NCBI RefSeq assembly: GCF_032444005.1
Contig: NC_091287.1
Location: 353,338,001 to 353,402,000, forward strand
From: Ranitomeya imitator
Taxonomy: Eukaryota
Reading direction: 5' to 3'
Length of the DNA: 64,000 bases
Shown: positions 55,600 through 64,000 of the stretch, piece by piece
How positions within the stretch are numbered: the first letter of the stretch is position 1
Layout of the letters: the number at the start of each line of letters is the position of its first letter
Translations under genes and position numbers: made by a program
Notes under the pieces: model-generated
What the model was told of the DNA's origin: nothing
What the model saw: the letters and a program-made list of their open reading frames with translations, nothing else
Database searches by the model: none

Positions 55600-56986
55600 T
55601 GTTTTCCCCTCAAGCTTTAAACATGCCTCCATCACACCTATCCTCAAAAAGCCCTCCCTTGACCCATCCTCTGTATCTAGCTATCGCCCTATATCACTTC
55701 TCCCCTTTGCCTCAAAACTACTGGAACAACATGTCCATCTTGAACTGTCCTCCTATCTATCTTGCTGCTCCTTCTTCGACCGCTTTCAATCAGGCTTCCG
55801 GTCACACCACTCCACTGAAACTGCCCTAACTAAGGTCACCAATGACCTATTAACTGCCAAGAGCAAGCGACTCCTCCTGGACCTGTCCTCTGCCTTTGAC
55901 ACAGTGGACCATTCCCTGCTGCTACAGACCCTCTCATCCCTTGGCATCACAGACTTGGCCCTATCCTGGATCTCGTCATACCTAACTGACCGGACATTCA
56001 GCGTCTCCCACTCACACACCACCTCCTCACCTCGCCCCCTATCTGTCGGAGTCCCTCAAGGTTCAGTTCTAGGACCCCTGCTCTTCTCCATTTACACCTT
56101 TGGCCTGGGACAGCTCATAGAATCTCATGGCTTTCAGTATCATCTCTATGCTGACGACACACAGATCTACATCTCTGGACCAGATATCACCTCCCTACTA
56201 ACCAGAATCCCTCAATGTCTGTCTGCTATTTCATCCTTCTCCGCTAGATTTCTAAAACTTAACATGGACAAAACAGAATTCATCATCTTTCCCCCATCTC
56301 ACACGACCTCCCCAACGAACCTATCCATTACAGTAAACGGCTGCCCACTCTCCCCAGTCCCACAAGCCCGCTGTCTTGGGGTAATCCTTGACACTGATCT
56401 CTCCTTTAAACCACATATCCAAACCCTTTCCACTTCCTGCCGCCTCCAACTCAAAAATATTTCACGGATCCGTACATTCCTAAACCAAGAATCTGCAAAA
56501 ACCCTAGTCCATGCCCTCATCATCTCCTGCCTCGACTACTGTAACCTCCTGCTCTGTGGCCTCCCCTCTAACACTCTTGCACCCCTCCAATCTATTCTAA
56601 ACTCTGCTGCCAGACTAATCCACCTGTCCCCCTGCTATTCCCCGGCCTCTCCCCTCTGTCAATCCTTGCACTGGCTCCCCATCACCCGGAGACTCCAGTA
56701 CAAAAGCCTAACCATGACATACAAAGCCATCCACGACCTGTCTCCTCCATACATCTGCGACCTCGTCTCCCGGTACTTACCTACACGCAACCTCCGATCC
56801 TCACAAGATCTCCTTCTCTACTCCCCTCTTATCTCCTCTTCCCACAATCGTATACAAGATTTCTCTCGCCTATCACCCCTACTCTGGAACTCTGTACCAC
56901 AACATATCAGACTCTCACCTACCATCGAAACCTTCAAAAAGAACCTGAAGACGCACCTCTTCCGACAAGCCTACAACCTGCAGTAA
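55600..56986 (+). pseudogene. L2 ORF2 reverse transcriptase and C-terminal domain (no endonuclease)
   Basis: [48 protein letters not shown]; the ORF-track start at 55511 lies in unrelated flank. Confidence 0.92.
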
Positions 56987-57216
56987 CCACCGATCGACCA
57001 AACCGCTGCATGACCAGCTCTACCCTCACCCACTGTATCCTCACCCATCCCTTGTAGATTGTGAGCCCTCGCGGGCAGGGTCCTCTCTCCTCCTGTACCA
57101 GTTGTGACTTGTATTGTTCAAGATTATTGTACTTGTTTTATTATGTATACCCCTCCTCACATGTAAAGCGCCATGGAATAAATGGCGCTATAATAATAAA
57201 TAATAATAATAATAAA
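55600..57216 (+). mobile_element. L2 LINE, 5'-truncated, relatively young
   Basis: Stop-free ORF2 segment; 3' UTR ending in (AAT)n. Confidence 0.92.
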
Positions 57217-57906
57217 TTTGTTGATTCACATCTTAAGTCATATTGCAAGACTCGTTAAAGTGTTGACTGTGACTTGTAGGATCGCTACTTCCAACAGGTG
57301 GCGCTATAGAGTTCAAGTCCTCTTTTTCTCTGAAGAAGCAATTTGCATATTGATTCACGACTGTAATGCACTTAGATTTCTTTCCCCATTTTTTAGTAAA
57401 TTATATTATAATATGAATGGTGCTCATAATTGGAAATAAAATCAAGGCCCATCAACTTGTTATCATGTCCTGCAGAGTCGCCTTTGTGCTTCAGACTGTA
57501 AGGAAGAACTAATGCAGAGTGCTGAATCACTTTGACTCCGTTGTTCAAAACTACAACCCGGTCCCAAAAAACAAGCCCTCATACCGCATTGTTAATAGAA
57601 AAATAAATAAAGTTATGGCTCTTGGAAGAAGTGAAGAAAAAAAATAAAAAGTGGAAAAGAGAAACTGTTATTGTTAAAGCGTTAAATTATCTGGGAAAAA
57701 GGTACTAAACATGTCTTAAAATTAGATGGCTACCAAATTTATCAGAGTGACTCATGGTGGATGATAGATTTGGCACATCTTTATATTGTTAAGTCTGACA
57801 TTACAACACCTATTAGTTGGCTATATTCAAATTAACAGATTAATATACAGTCATGAGGAAAATTAAGTACACCCTTTTTTAACTCTATGATTTCATACAT
57901 CAAGAC

Positions 57907-58516
57907 TGTCACAGACCGCATGACCGACCTGTCGAAGACAGTACACGAGTCCGGTATGGTGCAACGCTGGACGTGGATGGCGGCACCCAAAGAATGTGGT
58001 AGACTGACCGCCGACATGCAGGACCTGTGGCACGTGACCGCAGGGGGAAGGGCTGAGGCGGGGCAAACCATGGGAGCTCACGGATAGCTGAGTATAATGC
58101 AGCAGAGACTAACGGGAAAGGTAAGTAGTGAGGAAGCCGACAAGCACACAGAGGAGTAAACCGGTACAGGCAGAGGTCAGAAAACCGAGCGGGCAAAACG
58201 GGTACCAAGGGCAGAGACAGAAGGGTAGTCAAGGATCAAGCCTGAGTCAATCAACCATAGAACCAAACAGCACAGTACCAAATCAACAGGCAAGAGCAAT
58301 GTGGGGGACAGACCAGGTCAGCAACAGGATATAATCTCACAGAGCAGGCACAAGCACTCAAATACACCAGGGTCAACTATCTCAGCCGAGGGCAGGAGTA
58401 TAACTCACAAGGATTCGAGCTAATCGAGGCTATAAAAAGCCCTCCCAGATCCAGAGAGAGGCCACAATAATTAACCCCTGGTGCGTCAGTCCAAAAGCTA
58501 CCATAGAATCATGACA
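57907..58516. mobile_element. Solo LTR (610 bp), related to 1933-2580
   Basis: TGTCA...TGACA ends; near-TSD AAGAC/ATGAC; GCTATAAAAA motif. Confidence 0.75.
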
Positions 58517-59896
58517 ATGACATAATATAAAAATATATGGCCTTGATAGGCTTAAAATTAGGCAATTCCTGGCAACCATCCGAACAACTTATGCTCGAAA
58601 TACCCTTCTCCAAGTTCATTACTGATGTCTTTTCCCCTTGGCATCGTGATAACACATGCCTGAATGTTCCAGACCAGCAAATTGACAAAACTTCTGCTTT
58701 TATACAGGTGCTCATACTTACCAATGAACAATTAAGGGCATTTAATTTGAAGAACTTGGCTGCTAATTACTTTATTAATTACTATTGAAGCAGCAAGGGT
58801 TTACTTAGCTTTTAACACACTGTCATGTATACAGTTGTGCTTAAACGTTTACATATCTCAGCACAATTTTTACTTTCCTGGCCTTTTTTCAGAGATTATG
58901 ATTGACAACACCAAAACATTTTCTCCACTCATGGTTAGTGGTTGGGTGAAGCCATTTATTGTCAAACTACTGTGTTTTCTCTTTTTTAAATCATAGTGAC
59001 AACCCAAAACATCCAAATGACCCTGATCAAAAGTTCACATACCCTGGTGATTTTGGCCTGATAACATGCACAGAAGTTGACACAAATGGGTTTGAATGGC
59101 TACTAAAGGTAACATGCTCACCTGTGACCTGTGTGTGCATAAAAGCTGAGTGAATTTCTGTGATCCAGACAGACTCTTGCATTATTTCATCCAGCCACTG
59201 ACATTTCTGGATTGTGAGTCATGGGGAAAGAAAAAGAATTGTCAATGGATCTACGGGAAAAGGTAGTTGAACTGTATAAAACAGGAAAGGGATGCAAAAA
59301 GATATCCAAAGAATTGATAATGCCAATCAGCAGCGTTCAAACCGTGATTAACAAATGTAAAATCAGGGGCTCTATAAAAACAAAACCACGGTTAGGTAGA
59401 CCAACAAAAATGTCATCCACAACTGCCATGAAAATTGTTTGGGATGCAAAGAGAAAAACTCCACAAATAACATCAGCTGAAATACAGGACTCTCTGAAAA
59501 CTAGTGGTATGGTTGTTTCAAATTGCACAATAAGGAGGCACTTGAAGAAAAATGGACTGCATGGTTGAGTCGCCAGAAGAAAGCCATTACTGCACAAATG
59601 CCACAAAATATCCCGCCTACAATACGCAAAACAGCACAGAGACAAGTCTCAAAGCGTCTGAAACAAGGTAATTTGGAGTGATGAGACCAAAATTTAACTT
59701 TTTGGCCACAACCATAAAACCCTACATTTGAAGAGAGGTCAACAAGGCCTATGATGAAAGGAAAACCATTCCTACTGTAAAGCCTAGAGGTGGATCACGG
59801 GTGTTTGAGCTAAAAAGGCACAGGAAACTTGGTCAAAGTTGAAGGAAAGATGAATGCAGCACGTTATGTAGCGTTTCCCTTACTTCGGGTCTTGGG

Positions 59897-60309
59897 TCTC
59901 TCCCTAAGGTGGCTAGCATATATGTATCGCTTGCTCACCGAGCCCCACTCCATACAGCCAACCAATTCCAGCCCTGTGCTGATGAGGGCCTAAAGCCCGA
60001 AACACGTGTCCACAGGTAGGAATTGGTTGGATGTGTAAATTTAGAAACTAATCCGCAGCATTGCACGCTTGGCGGTTCCAAGCGCTGTGGATTAGACAGG
60101 GGTGGAAAGAGATGATTTGCATAGTTCCGCCTACTGCAAAGGATTCTGGGTAAACCTGCTATTCTTTGTATTATGCTGCTTGCAAGTACTTTCCGTTTCA
60201 GGAAAGCATCCACTATGTATTTCCTTTAAGTAGAGGGCTTTTCGGTCTCTTTCGTCCCGCTACATTTAGCCCAACTTGGGTCTCTCCCTAAGGTGGCTAG
60301 CATATATGT
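59897..60309 (+). mobile_element. Retrozyme-like / Penelope-mobilised non-autonomous retroelement (384-nt period)
   Basis: 13-bp TSD TTCGGGTCTTGGG (59884-59896, 60310-60322); identical 35-nt repeat at 59891-59925 and 60275-60309; contains a hammerhead ribozyme. Confidence 0.75.
59973..60016 (+). ncRNA. Type I hammerhead ribozyme
   Basis: Stem I CCTGTG/CACAGG; core CTGATGA; stem II GGGC-CTAAA-GCCC; core GAAA; stem III AC-ACGT-GT; cleavage triplet GTC at 60008-60010. Confidence 0.92.
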
Positions 60310-62989
60310 TTCGGGTCTTGGGGACACTCGCTTTGCACGGGAATAACGCATACAGGCACGATTTTCTCACACAAATTAAGTCCGTTCCGGTTTTTTAAAG
60401 CATCATAAACTGCACCATAAGCCAGGCTACACACAGTCTGTTACTTTAACACATGTGGCTTTACAAAACATTCGGTAGTCACGTCTTTTCTCTCCATTAC
60501 AGTTCATTAGATGCATCAATGGAACATATTAAACCCTGACAGTCTGTTCCAATGGGAGATACGTCTCTGCCGTATATTACAGGTTTTTCCCACACCAGGG
60601 GTTACCTCTCAGGAGCTTCAGCTCCACACACTGACTCCTGCCAGTGCTGGTTCACAGGGAAACTGCATCACTGGGATCACTGTCCTTGTGACCAGGGCAC
60701 CTCTGATAGTCCAGACCCACAGTAGGAACTGTAGCTTCCCAACACAGAAACCATCTCAGGCTCTGCAGTTGCAGCCTTTCCATGCGCTTCCAGGAAGTCC
60801 AATCACAGGCACATCCAACACACAGGCCATCAGTCCATGATCTTACCAAGTGCTTACAGGACTCCAGTCCATCCCAGGACAATCCAACACTCTGACCATT
60901 GCAGGACTCACACTCTTACCAGGTGCTTGCAGGACTCCAGTCCATACCAGGACAATCCAACACCCTCGAGCATTCAGTCCATAGCCTCAGCAGTGCTTCC
61001 AGGACTACAGCCCTCTTCAGGACAATCAAACACTGACCGTCCACTAGGTCCACAGTCTCAGGTGCTTGCAGGAGTTCTCCAATTGTCAGGAGACTCCAAC
61101 ACCAACCGTCCAGGACCTTGTACATGGAACAAACAGATCCATACACAGGGACCATGTGACCCACACCCTGGTCACATTATCTAGGTGTAACCACTCCCCT
61201 GGGTGGGTGTGGATGTGTGTGCCTAGTTCGACCCTCCTATCTCTCATATCTAGCCATGCCAGTCTCCCATTAGCATTACACAATTACTTGTGGGACTACA
61301 GGTCCCAGCACACCAAATTAACTTCAGACTAACAGCGCAGAGTGTCTTCCTCTGCAACACACACACCGGCCATTTACACTCCTGCCGGACTTTGTCTCAT
61401 CACATTTATGCCTCCAAGCGCATCTTGAAGCACACACACAGCACCCCCTGGCTGTAACGTGGGTCACTGCACCACAGTTGTCAGCAAATAATGGCGGAAA
61501 ATTTGCAATCATCAGCCTGGAAGCTACACATGGGACGTACTTGGACATTCCAACATGACAATGATCCAAAACACAAGGCCAAGTCCACCTGTCATTGGCT
61601 ATAGCAAAACAAAGTGAAGGTTCTGAAGATGCCATCTCAGTCTTCTGACCTCAATATCATTGAACCACTCTGGGGAGATCTCAAGCAGTTCATGCTAAAC
61701 AAACCAGGAATTTACAGGAACTGGAGGCTTTTTGCCAAGAAGAGTGGGCAGCTTTACCAGCTGAGAAAATAAACTACCTCGTCCACAACTACCACAAAAG
61801 ACTTCAAGCTGCCATTAATGTTAGAGGGGGCAATACACGGTATTAAGATATGGGGTATGTGAACTTTTGATCAGGGTCATTTGGATGTTTTGGGTTGTTA
61901 TTATGATTTAAAAAGAGAAAACACAGTAGTTTGACAATAAATGGCTTCACCCAACCACTAACCATGAATGAAGAAAAAGTTTTCGTGTTCTCATTCATGT
62001 TCTCTGATAAAAGGCCAAGAAAGCAATAATTCTGCCAGGGTATGTAAACTTTTGAGCATAACTGTATATGAAATGTAAAATCTCTCCTCCATTCAAGTGA
62101 AAAAATTAAACACCTTTAATAATGCATATCCAAACAGCAATGTTTCAGTTCCTCCTGGAACCTTACTCAAGCCAGCTTCAGAAAGGTTCCAGGAGGAACT
62201 GAAACACTGTTGTTTGGATATGCACTAATAAAAGCATTTTTTTTTTCATGAAGGAAGGAGTGTTGTTTTTTGATTTTTTGTGGACCTGGTTGAGGTCTGC
62301 AGAGGATTTATACCCTATAGTACTTTGATGTTGCTTCTAGTCGTTATGTATTTATAGCTATACAGTAAACGTTTTAGGCAGGTGTAAAAAAAAAAGTCTA
62401 GATGGTAATGATGCTTTAAAAAAATAGAAGTGTTAATAGATTATTTTGTTATCAATTAATAAAATGCAAAGTAATTGCACAAGATAGAAATCTAAATCAC
62501 ATCAATATTTGGTGTGACCACTCTTTGCCTTCAAAACAACATCAAATCATCAATTTTTTTAAGAACAACTGCATACAGAGTTAAAGAACTTGGCAGGGAG
62601 CTTATTCCAAATATCTTGAAGAACAAACCATAGATCTTCTGTGGATGTAGGCTTGCGGAAATTCCTGTTTCTTAATGTAGTACCAGACAAACTCTGTGAT
62701 GCTGACATCAGAGCTCTGTCAAAGCTATATGTTGTCCTGCTACAAAATGTGATTATAGCCAATCAGAGACTACCATAATTTTTTTATAATTTTATAGACA
62801 ATCATCTTGGCTATCTCATACATAAATTTGACTTATAACTGTTTAAAATATAGTGAGCTATGCAGATTCTTGTCATGTCACTGTATTGTTATTGTTTTGC
62901 TTCTGGTGGTGGAAAAATCTTTTTCTTTCTGTATACTACAAATTACAACCTGTTCTCAAATTCTCTAATAGCTCAGGTCAATGGTTCGC

Positions 62990-63697
62990 ATCAAGCTGCA
63001 GCCATGAAGGACATTTCCCAAGAAAAGAGAAACAGCATCTTCCAGGTCATCGATAGTGGTCTCTCGGGCAAGAAAATTTCCAAATTGCATCATGTGAATG
63101 CAATGACAGTTGAAAGAATACAAAATTTTGTCCATCCATCCATTCAAAAGCCAAGAGATGAACGTCCAGGCAAAATATCGAAGTCAACAAATTGATTCAT
63201 CACAACATCTACAAATTCTAGAGCAACAAACATGGCAATGGAGGGTGGCTTGTATGTTTTATAATAATGAGATCACAGATGTCCATGCAAACACTGTGCG
63301 ATGCATTTAACATAAATCTGGAATTGTGGCAAAGAAACCTCAACTTCAATATCATAGGAAGTGTTGGTTCGAGCTTGAATAAAAGTAGAAGATTGGAAAT
63401 GGGCGATTTGGAGGGAAGAGAGGGTTCAAATTAATCTGGAAGAAACAAAGGAAACAGGGGCTAACAAATCAAAAATGGAACGAACTGTCAAGTTGGATGA
63501 AGTCTGATGATATGGGGTTGTTTCACAGTCAAAAGCATTGGATACTTGACCCGGATCGATGGTGGTCTCAACGCTGAAATGTATGTGAGTATCCTACAAG
63601 ACAAGTTACTTCGTACACTCATGTTCCATGGGTATGAAAAGGACACCATTGTTTTTCAGCAGGACAACGACCCGAAGCAAAAACTGAGAGTGGCTAA
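62990..63697 (+). pseudogene. Decayed Tc1 transposase
   Basis: MKDISQEKRNSI...; MIWGCFTVKSIG...FQQDNDPK; cut by the MITE at 63698. Confidence 0.8.
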
Positions 63698-63996
63698 GGC
63701 TACGTTCACATTAGCGTTGCGTCGGGCGCAGCCACGGCGACGCATGCATCATGCGCCCCTATATTTAACATGGGGGCGCATGGACATGCGTTGTCTTGCG
63801 TTTTGTGATGCATGAGTCATTTTTGGCACAAGCGTCAGGGCGCAGAGGACGCAGCAAGTTGCATTTTTTTTGCGTCCAAAAGCAAGCCAAAAATGGACAC
63901 ATGCGTCACAAAACCATGTGTTTTTGCATGCGTTTTGCATGCGTTGTGCGTTGCGTCGCCGACGCAACACACAACAACGCAAATGTGAACGTAGCC
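63698..63996. mobile_element. Harbinger-type MITE (299 bp)
   Basis: TAA-GGCTACGTTCACAT ... ATGTGAACGTAGCC-TAA; inverted copy of 20191-20492. Confidence 0.9.
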
Positions 63997-64000
63997 TAAA

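Larger units (their letters stand above)
59867..61476. mobile_element. Solo-LTR-like insertion hosting the ribozyme element
   Basis: TGT...ACA ends; 4-bp near-TSD GTTA/GTTG; Tc1 sequence rejoins across it; internal tandem repeats at ~60840-61130. Confidence 0.65.
58832..62064 (+). mobile_element. Tc1 transposon interrupted by a 1.6-kb insertion
   Basis: TA-CAGTTGTGCTTAAACGTTTACATA ... TATGTAAACTTTTGAGCATAACTG-TA; transposase start MGKEKELSMDLREKVV at 59221, 3' part resumes at ~61481. Confidence 0.92.

Noticed and set aside
59935-60213. 92-aa minus-strand ORF (MDAFLKRK...) across the ribozyme element
   Set aside because: No recognisable domain; antisense to the ribozyme; length within chance expectation

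Overview
Eukaryotic, intergenic or intronic DNA made almost entirely of transposable elements. The repeat repertoire (T2/Kolobok-type TTAA MITEs, Harbinger-type TWA MITEs, Tc1, L2, sushi-type Gypsy) points to an amphibian, probably a frog; this is an inference. No host protein-coding gene is recognisable, and there are two N gaps (2865-2994, 17930-18219). Contents: (1) a full-length, minus-strand chromodomain Ty3/Gypsy element (47969-54769) interrupted by a related solo LTR; (2) about nine other solo LTRs; (3) at least six decayed Tc1 transposons; (4) L2 LINEs; (5) large non-autonomous piggyBac-like elements carrying ~390-bp tandem units and telomere-like repeats, one nested inside another; (6) hAT elements; (7) many Harbinger- and Kolobok-type MITEs. 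The standout is a complete type I hammerhead ribozyme (59973-60016) inside a 413-bp insertion with a 384-nt period, a 35-nt terminal redundancy and a 13-bp TSD. This is the architecture expected of a retrozyme or Penelope-mobilised, circular-RNA-derived element. Also notable: a self-priming (Tf1/sushi-type) PBS signature in the Gypsy element, and consistent 6-bp TSDs in that LTR family.
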